Shown piece after piece: positions 20,721 through 30,305 of a stretch of DNA of 64,000 nucleotides (within the stretch, counting starts at the first letter, position 1; each line of letters starts with the position of its first letter). The DNA lies in assembly GCA_963719035.1 (NCBI GenBank), contig CAVRAO010000008.1, positions 399,898 through 463,897 on the forward strand. The letters run 5' to 3'. Source of the DNA: Methanobacteriota archaeon (GTDB lineage Archaea; Halobacteriota; Bog-38; Methanoflorentales; Methanoflorentaceae). A model generated the notes under the pieces. It was not told the origin of the DNA. It did no database searches and was given only the letters and a program-made list of their open reading frames with translations. The translations under genes and the position numbers were made by a program.

Positions 20721-21107
20721 ATTCGTATCTCACGCGTTATTGTGTTGTTTTTGCTAATTTCTATTACAATACTCACGTCAACAGTAGTTTATTCGCAGGG
20801 ACAGCAAATCCTCTTGGCTGAACCTGGAGCCGCGAATCAAACGTCAACGCCGACTCCAACGCCGACTCCAACGCCGACTGCTACGCCAACGCCGACTGCA
20901 ACGCCGACTCCTACGCCAACGCCGACTGCAACGCCGACTCCTACGCCAACGTCGACTGCAACGTCAACGCCGACAGGAAATCAAAATGAGCCATCGAACC
21001 AAACGGGGGGCGGAGGCGCTGATCCTACGCTTGTAGGCGCAGCAATAGTCGGGATTATTGCGGTTGGGCTTATGGTTGGCATCTACCTTACTACGAGGAG
21101 GATGTAA
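20721..21107 (+). CDS. secreted Pro/Thr-repeat protein with C-terminal TM anchor (start ATT 20721 or GTG 20742)
   Basis: Hydrophobic signal peptide, (TP)n linker, then a TM helix with basic tail TTRRM. Confidence 0.7.
   Translation: MRISRVIVLFLLISITILTSTVVYSQGQQILLAEPGAANQTSTPTPTPTPTPTATPTPTATPTPTPTPTATPTPTPTSTATSTPTGNQNEPSNQTGGGGADPTLVGAAIVGIIAVGLMVGIYLTTRRM
20841..20975 (+). repeat. coding tandem repeat encoding a TP/TA linker
   Basis: ACGCCGACTCCA / ACGCCAACGCCGACTGCA units. Confidence 0.9.
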
Positions 21108-21154
21108 ACACGCAGCGGGCACGCGATCGATATATCGACGTCAATAAGAGCGAT

Positions 21155-21496
21155 GTGTACGGTCGAATTCTTGAGCTCGATCTTAGAAAAATGGAAAAGC
21201 GCCACGAACGCCACATTTGGCACGTAAAATCGATGTGGGGTGGCGTTGCGGGTATACTGCTTGCCGTTTATATCTTGATGACCGCACAATACCTAAACGG
21301 TAACCCCCTGTTAGTGCGAAGTAACAACTATGTATTAGCCGGTGGAGCGCTTCTTATTTCGATTGCCCTGTGCTACGGGCTTATGTGGATTGGTGTGATC
21401 CGCGAATATAAGAAATTTGAGCGCGTGATCAATGACAAAATCAGGTACTATGAAAAGCTTATAAACGTGCCATCAAACGCCGACATAAGTGACTAG
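21155..21496 (+). CDS. hypothetical two-TM membrane protein
   Basis: Two hydrophobic segments; the frame is open further upstream, past 21110. Confidence 0.6.
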   Translation: MYGRILELDLRKMEKRHERHIWHVKSMWGGVAGILLAVYILMTAQYLNGNPLLVRSNNYVLAGGALLISIALCYGLMWIGVIREYKKFERVINDKIRYYEKLINVPSNADISD

Positions 21497-21756
21497 TACC
21501 GCTTGCCAAAATCCCACGAATCGTGATCGTCGTGGGTAAGATCCTTATAGTCTAACTCACCCCGGTCTTTTCGTTGGTCTTTGGGGATGATTAGTGAGGC
21601 CCCCCTAATCAAAACGATTCCAATGACGATAAGAACGAGAGCAAAAAGGACAATTACGGAAATATTGAAAGTGCTCAGGAGGATTCCAAGGATCCCAAGC
21701 TCTGAGAGAATTACGAACACTCCTAAGATTACCAGAAGTGCGCCGAGGAAATACAC
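21493..21756 (-). CDS. hypothetical two-TM membrane protein
   Basis: Very hydrophobic N-terminal two-thirds and a charged tail; third gene of a leftward trio. Confidence 0.6.
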   Translation of the reverse strand: MYFLGALLVILGVFVILSELGILGILLSTFNISVIVLFALVLIVIGIVLIRGASLIIPKDQRKDRGELDYKDLTHDDHDSWDFGKRY

Positions 21757-21788
21757 TAAAAAAGCACCTAGTCTCGTGACACGGCCTC

Positions 21789-22031
21789 CTATGTTCCAGC
21801 CGCCAAATCTCCGATTAGTCCGACGACTTCTTTGAAACTTCTTATCTGTATTGGACCGTAGACCTTATCTAACAAGAGCGAGTTTGCGTTGCGGCCAATG
21901 ACAACTGCCGTATGGCCCTTATTACGTATTTCGATGGTCAACCCCTCATCGTCAAGCGCGCGCGCAGCAGCGCCGAACGTCTTGAGCGCAGAAAGTGCGT
22001 TATTTATCATATCTAGCCCGTATTCTTGCAC
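21789..22031 (-). CDS. hypothetical protein
   Basis: 80-aa ORF abutting the upstream gene's stop codon. Confidence 0.6.
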   Translation of the reverse strand: MQEYGLDMINNALSALKTFGAAARALDDEGLTIEIRNKGHTAVVIGRNANSLLLDKVYGPIQIRSFKEVVGLIGDLAAGT

Positions 22032-22271
22032 TTACCCAGTCAGGTCACGAAACTGTTTTACCAACTGGCCAAGATGTTCAGGTTCTACGATATCCAAAGA
22101 AACAGTTGTTCCTTCGTCCTCAACTCTGACCTCAATAGCAGGATCGTTGCGTACCTTCAATACGAGTTTCGTCTCATTTTGATAAATTATCTGCAAATAA
22201 TCCTTGCTTGCTCGTACAATCTCGCGTATTCGCTCCGAATCCATAAATCCCTCTGGCATAAAAGTCACCAC
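22032..22271 (-). CDS. hypothetical protein
   Basis: 79-aa ORF divergent from the TGT-like gene. Confidence 0.6.
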   Translation of the reverse strand: MVTFMPEGFMDSERIREIVRASKDYLQIIYQNETKLVLKVRNDPAIEVRVEDEGTTVSLDIVEPEHLGQLVKQFRDLTG

Positions 22272-22349
22272 TTTATATCAATCCAATTAGATATAAGCTA
22301 TACCCGTGCGCCGTAACCTTACGCACTACCCTTCACAAAAAACGACGCG

Positions 22350-23360
22350 ATGTCTCCTAAGTCATTCCAGTTTTACCGTACATTTGTCCCAAAGCTGCGT
22401 GGACTGTGCGATCCCGTCGTTTTGTCCTTTGATAACACAACCTTTGTAAAATCGTACACGCTTGATCCCGCGGTTACCCCCCACCACTTTATTCATAGTG
22501 GCAACTTTTTCTCGCAACCGTACGTGAAAAAGCCCGAACTGCGAACGAAGGAAAGGGTTCTTGATTTACAAGAGAAGCTTATCAACAAAAGAACTGATGG
22601 ATTCATGACTCTCAATGTACCAGTAAACGGCAATTTGACAACGCCTTACTGGAAGCATGGTGAAACGGATCGTTTGAAAGCGATCGAAACGAGCTTAGAA
22701 GCTGCTCTTTGGACAAAAGAGAACACAAAACGACCTGATCTATTATACGCTGGCTTTGAGGTCGGCACATATCGTGATGCGAGTTATATATTCAAAAAAG
22801 CAGTGAATGCCGATCTGACTAACCTCTCAGCAGGATTTGGCCTTTTTTCTCGTCTGGCAAGATACCGTCAAGAAGATCGCCTAAAGCAGTTTGAGGTTCT
22901 CGCTGCATACAGTCAACTCTCACGCGAGTTTGAGGGCACACGCTTTCACGCCTCAGGAGGAAGCGCGTTGAACGTCCTTGAGCTTCTTGCTTACGCAAAC
23001 GTGACGTCAGCAGACGGCTCTAGCGCCGTCATAGCCGGGCTCGTATATGGCTCAGTCTTAACCGCAACGGGAAGGCTCGTCCGAGCGAATAAACTCACTC
23101 AATGGGAGTGCAACTGCGAGTTTTGTTCGGGCCACCGTCCGTCTGACGTGGTTGAAGAACTCAAGCGCTCAGCTGAAGCGCGTGTACGGCACAACGTTCA
23201 TGTGGTCCGCTTTTCATTAGCGCGAATAAATGATGCCCTCGCTAACAATACGATTGCAGAGCTCACCGAGCAGCGGCTTACTTTGTATGACAACAAAACA
23301 CTTTGGAAATGCTTAGCCATAGTGAACAAAACCCCCCACGAGAGTGACCTATATGCTTAA
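22350..23360 (+). CDS. divergent tRNA-guanine transglycosylase (TGT)-fold protein of unknown function
   Basis: Colinear motif match with in-window TgtA: IHSGNF/TDSGSF, TLNVP/PIDIP, RFHASG/PVHLFG, TSADGSS/DLFDSAA, CNCEFC/CSCPVC, RHN/EHN. Confidence 0.75.
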   Translation: MSPKSFQFYRTFVPKLRGLCDPVVLSFDNTTFVKSYTLDPAVTPHHFIHSGNFFSQPYVKKPELRTKERVLDLQEKLINKRTDGFMTLNVPVNGNLTTPYWKHGETDRLKAIETSLEAALWTKENTKRPDLLYAGFEVGTYRDASYIFKKAVNADLTNLSAGFGLFSRLARYRQEDRLKQFEVLAAYSQLSREFEGTRFHASGGSALNVLELLAYANVTSADGSSAVIAGLVYGSVLTATGRLVRANKLTQWECNCEFCSGHRPSDVVEELKRSAEARVRHNVHVVRFSLARINDALANNTIAELTEQRLTLYDNKTLWKCLAIVNKTPHESDLYA

Positions 23361-24003
23361 AGCAGTGATGTTTGACTGGGATGGGACGCTTTTTAATTCA
23401 GTCATCCCTACCTACGAGAGCTACTTGGTCGTCATGGACGCATTCGGCCTGCCAAATGTGACACTCGAGGAGTTTAGAGAACAGAGTCGGCCGAACTATC
23501 ACGATTATTACCGGTGGCTGGGGATCAGCGAGGATGACTGGATCGCCGCAGACGAGACCTGGATGAATGGCTACGCGCATTACAAAAAGGACTGCATCCT
23601 TTTTAACGGCACTAAAAACGCTTTGCGTGAACTGAAGGAAATGAATTTGAAGCTCGGGCTCGTTTCGAGTGGGTCTCGAGAACGCGTGACAAGCGAGGTG
23701 AACGAGCAAAGAATTGAGTCCTACTTCGATTCGATGGTGTTCGGTGACGACGTTGGATTTGAGCACGGGAAGCCAGCGCCAGAAACCTTGCTTATGGCAG
23801 TAAAACGAGCGCGTGTCGTCGCATCGGAGGTGCTTTACGTCGGTGACATGGTTGAGGATATCCTCATGGGGAAAAAGGCAGGTACAAAAACTGCTGCAGT
23901 TCTCTGCGGTTTCGCGACTCCAGAGCTTCTGATGCGGGCACAGCCCGATTTAGTATTGCGCGACGTTAGCGCCCTCCCTAAAGCGATCAAAAAAGAGATG
24001 TGA
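23353..24003 (+). CDS. HAD-superfamily phosphatase (Gph-like, C1 cap)
   Basis: FDWDGTL, VSSG, GKPAPE, YVGDMVEDI; overlaps the stop of the TGT-like gene. Confidence 0.9.
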   Translation: MLKAVMFDWDGTLFNSVIPTYESYLVVMDAFGLPNVTLEEFREQSRPNYHDYYRWLGISEDDWIAADETWMNGYAHYKKDCILFNGTKNALRELKEMNLKLGLVSSGSRERVTSEVNEQRIESYFDSMVFGDDVGFEHGKPAPETLLMAVKRARVVASEVLYVGDMVEDILMGKKAGTKTAAVLCGFATPELLMRAQPDLVLRDVSALPKAIKKEM

Positions 24004-24016
24004 AGGGCTAGCCCCT

Positions 24017-24505
24017 TCATTCGACGCTAATGTGCGACTTTTCCTCTTCTGGTTGAACGCGCTTCAGTCTGACTTCAAGAACACCGTTTCGATAGGTTGC
24101 TTTTGCACTGTTGCGATCAACCTTGACGGGAAGCTCGACACTTTCAGAATATTTTCGAAACTCGTTCTGGGCTCTGATATCGAGTCTGCTTTCTGTAGCC
24201 TCGAGCTGCACGTCCGTTCGGTCAACGCCTGGCATCTCGGCGATGATGTGAACTTCGTCTTTCGTCTCCATAACGTCAATTAACGGCGTCCTCTCCTCAT
24301 CCATCTTGACGCTCTCGCCAAAGGGCTGAATATTCCCAAATTCTCGAACTTCGGGCGCTTCACCTGGATGCTGCGTCATTGAAAACCCATAAATGAATGG
24401 TTTAGGTTGCTTTCCTTCCTGCAGGTCGCGCAGCATCTGATCCATCAGCTCTTCGAACCCTCCCCCTAAAAAGTCATCAAAAAAACTTCTTCGTCTTTTC
24501 GCCAT
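24017..24505 (-). CDS. hsp20: small heat-shock protein Hsp20
   Basis: PFIYGFS, EFGN, PLIDV, AEMPGV, A.YRNGVLEV. Confidence 0.93.
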   Translation of the reverse strand: MAKRRRSFFDDFLGGGFEELMDQMLRDLQEGKQPKPFIYGFSMTQHPGEAPEVREFGNIQPFGESVKMDEERTPLIDVMETKDEVHIIAEMPGVDRTDVQLEATESRLDIRAQNEFRKYSESVELPVKVDRNSAKATYRNGVLEVRLKRVQPEEEKSHISVE

Positions 24506-24550
24506 TTTCTTTATCCTTCTCCTTATCTTTTACCTGATTGAGTGTTGACT

Positions 24551-26788
24551 TTATGCATAGCCTGTTGCTGGCGTAGCCGCTTTTTCCTTCACTTCTTCTT
24601 CTATAACGGAAAACTTCGCAAACTCCTTAGCTATATTCTCGTACTGGTGCAGCATGTCGCGTGACGCTGTTGGCTTAACCCGATTGATAGCAGCGTAAAG
24701 ATGGCCCTTATTAATCTTTATCGTTGCTGCGCCCTCGTTAACCTGCTCAGGCGTCATTTCGGGCTTAATAAAGTCTCTGAGAGCGAGCATCGCTGCTTCT
24801 CTGCAAATTGCTTCAATATCAGCACCAACGTACCCCTCAGTCTCTTTGGCAAGCTGCTCGATGTCAACGTCATCCGCGAGCGGTTTTCCGAGAAGGTGGA
24901 TCGCGAATATTTGCGCGCGGCTCGACGCGTTTGGCGGCGGTATATAAACGAGACGATCGAGTCTTCCAGGCCTTAGGAGCGCGACATCGACCATGTCAGG
25001 GCGATTCGTGGCGCCAATTACGACGACGTCCTTCAGTTCTTCGAGACCGTCAAGCTCGGTCAGCAGCTGGCTCACGACCCGTTCTGTCACGTGTGAGTCA
25101 GAACTCGCCCCACGGGTTGGCGCTACAGCATCGAGTTCGTCAAACAAGATGATTGTCGGCGAAACTTGCTTGGCGCGCCGAAACGTCTCGCGCACACCTT
25201 TTTCAGATTCGCCTACCCACTTACTGAGCAGCTCAGGCCCTTTTATGCTAATAAAGTTGGCTTCGCTTTCCGTCGCGACCGCCTGAGCGAGGAGCGTCTT
25301 CCCCGTCCCGGGAGGCCCAAAGAGCAACACCCCCTTAGGCGGCCTCGTGTTGATGCTGCTAAACGCGTCCGCGAATTTTATTGGCCATTCGACGGCTTCT
25401 ATAAGCTCTTGTTTGGCCGCTTCAAGGCCACCGACGTCTTGCCACTTGACATTAGGTGCTTCAACGAACACCTCGCGCATCGCGGAGGGTTCAATATTTT
25501 TCTGGACATCTTTGAAGTCCTCTGCATTTACCTGAAGCTTATCAAGCACCTCTTGCGGGATCTCTTGTTCAAGATCGATCTCAGGCAGAAGTCTTCGCAG
25601 CGCATGCATGGCTGCTTCCTTTGATACGGCGGCGAGGTCAGCACCGACAAAGCCATGCGTCGTACGAGCAATGTCTTCGAGCTTTACGTCGTCCGCGATC
25701 GGCATGCCCCGGGTGTGCACTTGCAGAATTTGGAGCCGCCCGGCCGCATCAGGCACGCCAATTTCAATTTCCCGGTCGAATCGACCAGGCCTCCGCAGCG
25801 CGGGGTCGATCCCTTCCGGGCGATTCGTCGCAGCAATCACCACGACTTGTCCTCGTGCTTCGAGGCCGTCCATTAACGCGAGTAGCTGCGCAACGACACG
25901 GCGTTCGACCTCCCCCGTCACTTCGCTCCGTTTTGGCGCGATAGCGTCGATCTCGTCGATAAAGATGATAGCAGGAGCGTTGTCTGACCCTTCCTTAAAG
26001 AGCTCTCGCAGGTGCTGTTCGCTCTCACCGTAAAACTTGCTCATGATCTCAGGGCCGCTGATGTTGATGAAATAGGCGTCCGTTTCATTTGCAACAGCTT
26101 TCGCGATGAGTGTTTTCCCGGTTCCAGGAGGACCGTAGAGTAGGACCCCTTTTGGTGGGTCGATGCCGAGCTTTTGGAAGAGCTCAGGGTGCCGCAGCGG
26201 CAGCTCGATCATTTCTCGTACCAGCCCGAGCTCTCGTTTCAGACCACCGATATCCTCGTAGGTCACGTGAGAGATAGAACGTTCCGCGACCACAGTAGGG
26301 GTCTCTTTCAGCGTTACTTGCGTGCTTTTTCCGGCTATAACGATACCTGCGGGTTGCGTGGCGGTAATAACAAAGGTTATCGGATTGCCTAGCATTTCAA
26401 CTCTAAGCGTCTCCCCTTTCTGTACCGGGCGCCCTTCAAGGAATCTCATGAGGTAGTCCTCCCCGCCGACGATACGCACCGGCTGCGTTGGTGCGAGCGT
26501 GATTTTCACCGCAGCATTCGATTTCGCTTTTCGAATGACGACCTTGTCGTCGATGCCCACATGGGCGTTTCCACGAATGTTGCCGTCAATTCTGATGATG
26601 CCAAGGCCGCGGTCTTCCGGATATGCGGGCCACACGATCGCGGCTGCTCGGTTGCGACCCGTTATCTCGATGATGTCGCCGCTTACGAGCCCGAGTTGTC
26701 GCATGGTATCCATGTCGATTCGGGCAATTCCCCTCCCAGCATCGCGATGATATGCCTCAACGACCTTCAGAGTTACTTCTTCTGTCAT
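24551..26788 (-). CDS. cdc48: CDC48/VCP AAA+ ATPase
   Basis: N-domain plus two AAA modules (GPPGTGKT twice, DEID/DELD, RPGRFDR). Confidence 0.97.
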   Translation of the reverse strand: MTEEVTLKVVEAYHRDAGRGIARIDMDTMRQLGLVSGDIIEITGRNRAAAIVWPAYPEDRGLGIIRIDGNIRGNAHVGIDDKVVIRKAKSNAAVKITLAPTQPVRIVGGEDYLMRFLEGRPVQKGETLRVEMLGNPITFVITATQPAGIVIAGKSTQVTLKETPTVVAERSISHVTYEDIGGLKRELGLVREMIELPLRHPELFQKLGIDPPKGVLLYGPPGTGKTLIAKAVANETDAYFINISGPEIMSKFYGESEQHLRELFKEGSDNAPAIIFIDEIDAIAPKRSEVTGEVERRVVAQLLALMDGLEARGQVVVIAATNRPEGIDPALRRPGRFDREIEIGVPDAAGRLQILQVHTRGMPIADDVKLEDIARTTHGFVGADLAAVSKEAAMHALRRLLPEIDLEQEIPQEVLDKLQVNAEDFKDVQKNIEPSAMREVFVEAPNVKWQDVGGLEAAKQELIEAVEWPIKFADAFSSINTRPPKGVLLFGPPGTGKTLLAQAVATESEANFISIKGPELLSKWVGESEKGVRETFRRAKQVSPTIILFDELDAVAPTRGASSDSHVTERVVSQLLTELDGLEELKDVVVIGATNRPDMVDVALLRPGRLDRLVYIPPPNASSRAQIFAIHLLGKPLADDVDIEQLAKETEGYVGADIEAICREAAMLALRDFIKPEMTPEQVNEGAATIKINKGHLYAAINRVKPTASRDMLHQYENIAKEFAKFSVIEEEVKEKAATPATGYA

Positions 26789-26843
26789 TTTTCGATTCTC
26801 TCCTATTTTGTTTGCGTGATACGCTTATGAGCTTCTGCAGTCC

Positions 26844-27497
26844 TTACCTCGCCAGCCAATACGTTCTGGCGTCTATTCTTCTGATTTTCCCTCTTTTTTC
26901 AAGGTTATGCAGCCGCTCGACGAGTATTTGGTCAGGTATCGCGAGTCCCGCAGACAGCTGGTCGGCCGTCTTGGGCCCTGTCAGCAGCAACGAAAGGATG
27001 TCATATTCAACAAAGTCGCGCGATATTGCGTCGATCTTCCTTGCGCCGCGTGCCATGACCTCATTGATCAGCTCTTGGACCCTTCTCTGCGCCCCCATCA
27101 GCTCCCGGTGAGCCCCCCTTAGGCTATTGAGTGTCTCGGCAACGTCGGTCAAACTGTTCGTTTTGAGTTGTATTTCGCCAATAGGGGTTGGAAACTCGGC
27201 AACGGTTGATTCGCTGTGTGCTGCGTTAGCGGATTCAACACCATAGCTAAACGGAGAGATTTGAATCTCGAGCAGCAGGTTATCAGCGATGTGAAAGTAC
27301 TTCCGGCGTCGCTCGTCAACAAAGAACTGGATAATCCCTGCCCGCTCGAGCATGCCGAGATGACTGATCACCGCTTTCGGGGCCACGTGCAGTCTTTCTG
27401 AAATCTCTGTGACGTAAAATGGCCGCAGCGACAGCAGCTTCAAAATGTTGCGGCGATTTTCATTGCCGAGAATGTCAAGGAGTCCTGCTTCGTCCAT
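26844..27497 (-). CDS. ArsR-type wHTH heat-shock regulator (HSR1/Phr-like, COG1777)
   Basis: LLDILGNE.RR.IL.LL...P.YV.EIS, RRKYF; first gene of regulator-cdc48-hsp20, the order known from Archaeoglobus. Confidence 0.85.
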   Translation of the reverse strand: MDEAGLLDILGNENRRNILKLLSLRPFYVTEISERLHVAPKAVISHLGMLERAGIIQFFVDERRRKYFHIADNLLLEIQISPFSYGVESANAAHSESTVAEFPTPIGEIQLKTNSLTDVAETLNSLRGAHRELMGAQRRVQELINEVMARGARKIDAISRDFVEYDILSLLLTGPKTADQLSAGLAIPDQILVERLHNLEKRGKIRRIDARTYWLAR

Positions 27498-27537
27498 TGC
27501 TGTTTCGTAGCGTGTGACGGTCTGATAGATCGTAACA

Positions 27538-27552
27538 CTAACTTATAGTTAG
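27538..27552. promoter_or_regulatory. HSR1-type operator CTAAC-N5-GTTAG
   Basis: CTAACTTATAGTTAG lies just downstream of the minus-strand TATA (TTTTATATAT, 27561-27570). An extra half site sits at 27571-27575. Confidence 0.85.
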
Positions 27553-27935
27553 TTTTGATGATATATAAAAGTTAGTCAAATTAGAACCGCCACGGAAAGG
27601 TAAGCAACAAGGAAAAATGCAGAACGTGCGCTCCTAATTGGTCGCTGCCGCAGAAGGGCTTCAGGACACCGACTCAAACGGCGCTGCGGCGAGACAGAAT
27701 CTTGAGGCTTTGCGAAATCCGAGTCTCGCGTGCGACTGTCATGAGAAGGTGCAACCTTAATTCACTGAGCCCTTACATAGGGGCAAGACATTTGAGATAC
27801 TAACACGTAGAGACGCTCTCGCAGCGCGCGTCTTCAAATCGCGAAATGGCGTTCGTAGAACATCACAACGCATTTATATGCAAATTGACGTTGACTATTG
27901 GGTGCACTATTTCGATTCCGAACCTCGAACCGGGC

Positions 27936-28850
27936 ATGTCCAAGCAGAATGACGAACTGAAGCGCCGTGTATATGCGATCTTTCAGCCCATCCCTGTAGG
28001 CGACGCCCGCATCGTTGCAGCGCGTCATGGGGATGCTTCCAGAGCTACGCGCGTACGCTTCTTTTTGATGGGGTTGATCTGGGTACTCGTGTTAGCCGTC
28101 ATACTAGCCAGCTACCCCGACGTATACCAAAGATATCACACCCTCTTTAACGCAGTGTTTGCCTTTGCAATCGTGGTTTTTACCATCGAACTGCTGCTCC
28201 GTGTGTGGTCGTGCACGGTAGATCCACGGTTTAGAGGCCCGATCAAAGGCAGACTAAAATGCCTCTTTACAACATCCCTGCTCGTAAATCTGCTTGTCAT
28301 CGTGCCTTTTTATGTCAAGCCGTTCTTTCCAGGAGCGGACGTTTTCGTAAACGCGGCGATAATACTCATCGTCCTCAAGTTGCTCACGTACTCCAGTGTG
28401 TTCAACTTCGTCATCGATGTTCTGAAAGCGAAAAAAAACGAGCTTGTCACTGCACTGGCAATCGACGTAATCTTGTTGATAACGTTCTCAAGTTTTATGT
28501 TCATCATTATGCATGCCTCGGACCCAAGCGGTTTTTCGAGCATTCCAGCTGCCGGGTGGTGGGCGGCGCAGACTCTGACCTCCGTAGGCTACGGCGATCT
28601 GGTGCCTGCGACCGCGCCCGGGCAATTCCTGGCAGTTTTTGCAATGTTCTTGGGCATTGCCACTTTTGCTATACCGATTGCGATTATTGGTGCCGGATTC
28701 ACCGAGGCGTTTGAAACACGACGGAGCGGACCAAAACAAGCCACCGACCCGTGCAAATTGTTGAGCGATTTGGCTGAGCTCAAAGAACAGAAAATAATCA
28801 GCGAGGAGGAGTTTACAACCAAGAAAAATGAGCTCCTGGCGCGCCTCTGA
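27936..28850 (+). CDS. 6-TM ion transporter/K+ channel with C-terminal SHOCT-like motif
   Basis: FTIE.LLRVW, FSSIP.A.WW...TLTSVGYGD.VP, LAELKEQKIISEEEF..KK.ELL. Confidence 0.88.
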   Translation: MSKQNDELKRRVYAIFQPIPVGDARIVAARHGDASRATRVRFFLMGLIWVLVLAVILASYPDVYQRYHTLFNAVFAFAIVVFTIELLLRVWSCTVDPRFRGPIKGRLKCLFTTSLLVNLLVIVPFYVKPFFPGADVFVNAAIILIVLKLLTYSSVFNFVIDVLKAKKNELVTALAIDVILLITFSSFMFIIMHASDPSGFSSIPAAGWWAAQTLTSVGYGDLVPATAPGQFLAVFAMFLGIATFAIPIAIIGAGFTEAFETRRSGPKQATDPCKLLSDLAELKEQKIISEEEFTTKKNELLARL

Positions 28851-28985
28851 CCCGCCTCACTGGCCGAAACGTTGCCTCCAAGGGCCTCAGCATTTTGTTT
28901 GTTTTGAATGTGCATTCGAGAGCTGCGAAACCAAACCAGACCAATACGTTTTTCCCGTAAGGCGTTTCTCAGTGAAGGGGGTACA

Positions 28986-29672
28986 ATGGAAATTATCTTC
29001 GCGATGGACATTCGAGGCGGGGTCGTCGTAAAAGGCTATAAGGGCGAGCGAGAGCGATACGAACCTATTGAACGCCATAGTAAGATCTGCACGACGTCAG
29101 ATCCGTTGAACGTGATTGATACTATCAAGCCGAGAAGGACGTACATAGCGGATCTGGATAGGATCCTTGGCTCGGGCAGCAATTCACTTATCATCAAACG
29201 CCTCGGCACACGCACAAAAACGCTCATTGACCTCGGGATTCGTCGGCTTGATGACGTTCGAGAGGCTGAGCAAATTGGCGAAACCGCTATTATCGGCACC
29301 GAAACGGGAAGCCTCGATGTTATTCGAGCAGCACAGTCGATGAGAGTCGCCGTAAGCATAGACGTGAAGGACGGAAGCGCGATGTCCCTCGATCCCGCAC
29401 TGTCCGGAGACCCCCTTCAGGTTGTCGAAAGGATGAATCTCTACAAGATCAGTGCACTAATCGTGCTAAATATGAATTTAGTAGGAACGAAGCAGGGCGT
29501 TGACTTTGATTTTATCGAGAGAGTCATCGATGTCTCAGGGCATCCGATTGTTGTCGCCGGCGGAATAAAGAACAGTGAAGAGTTGGACAAGCTTGAAGAC
29601 CTCGGGGCTGCAGGCGTCGTTCTATCGACGGCAATTCACGAAGAGATCATCCCAGTTGATCTCGTACGATAG
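28986..29672 (+). CDS. archaeal HisA/HisF-related TIM-barrel protein
   Basis: IIFAMDIRGGVVV.G..GER..Y.P, YIADLDRI, GTET, AGGI. Confidence 0.85.
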   Translation: MEIIFAMDIRGGVVVKGYKGERERYEPIERHSKICTTSDPLNVIDTIKPRRTYIADLDRILGSGSNSLIIKRLGTRTKTLIDLGIRRLDDVREAEQIGETAIIGTETGSLDVIRAAQSMRVAVSIDVKDGSAMSLDPALSGDPLQVVERMNLYKISALIVLNMNLVGTKQGVDFDFIERVIDVSGHPIVVAGGIKNSEELDKLEDLGAAGVVLSTAIHEEIIPVDLVR

Positions 29673-29736
29673 AGGGTGGGAACAACGTTAAAAAGGGCGG
29701 GTGAGCTGATCTCAAAGCCTATTTTCCGCCCAATGG

Positions 29737-29955
29737 TTACATTAAGAATCGGAAGGTACCGGTCGATCTCGTATTGCGACAAATGTGTGCGATAATCATC
29801 CCACCCTTCTTTTTGAGTTCAATTAAGTGGTCAAAGACGTGATCCCCCAAGGGCTGTCGTACAATTGTAGATCGTTCAGTTTCGGCAATTGCTTCACCTA
29901 TGCTTTCTGGCAACGACTCGATGCTGTTTTCCTTGAGCTCTTCAGTTGTCATTTT
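29737..29955 (-). pseudogene. glutamine synthetase C-terminal remnant
   Basis: SLPESIGEAI...LGDHVFDHLIELKK, then after a frameshift WDDYRTHLSQYEIDRYLPIL. Matches the C-terminus of the intact GlnA; no N-terminal part found. Confidence 0.85.
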
Positions 29956-30245
29956 GTATACTTAGGCACAAAGTGTAGCGAAGCGCCGTTAGCGTTTCGT
30001 ACCTCGGCGATTACCTCACTAAAGAGGGCTCGGAGATCTTAAGCAGTCTCAACTTCGCTACTTCGGTTAGACAATGGTCCAACCTTTTTCATCTAGCCTC
30101 TGAACGTCGCTCAACTCAACTGGCGATGTCTGCTATGTCAAGAAGACTTGACCTTTAGTTTGGAGTTAGGAAGTTTACTGTATATTACTGAAGTATTGTC
30201 AGCTGATGACAAAGCTTTATATATCATATTTTTGTATAACAAGTC

Positions 30246-30259
30246 GGAAGTAGGCATCC
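30246..30259. promoter_or_regulatory. NrpR operator (variant) upstream of amt
   Basis: GGAA-GTAGGC-ATCC downstream of TATA TTTATATA (about 30216-30223). Confidence 0.7.
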
Positions 30260-30305
30260 TACTTCTTACTAAATACACGATGTCTATGAAAAACAGGTGT
30301 GAAAC

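Noticed and set aside
20841-20975. Short tandem repeat as a CRISPR array or non-coding VNTR
   Set aside because: In-frame Thr/Pro codons inside a CDS, with no unique spacers.
22350-23360. DpdA DNA-modification (dpd) island
   Set aside because: No dpdB/C, helicase, restriction or preQ0 genes adjacent, and the guanine-pocket residues differ; cannot be supported without an HMM search.
27640-27840. Short stems upstream of the 6-TM channel as a riboswitch (e.g. c-di-AMP)
   Set aside because: No recognisable riboswitch consensus; stems of 6-7 bp are compatible with chance.
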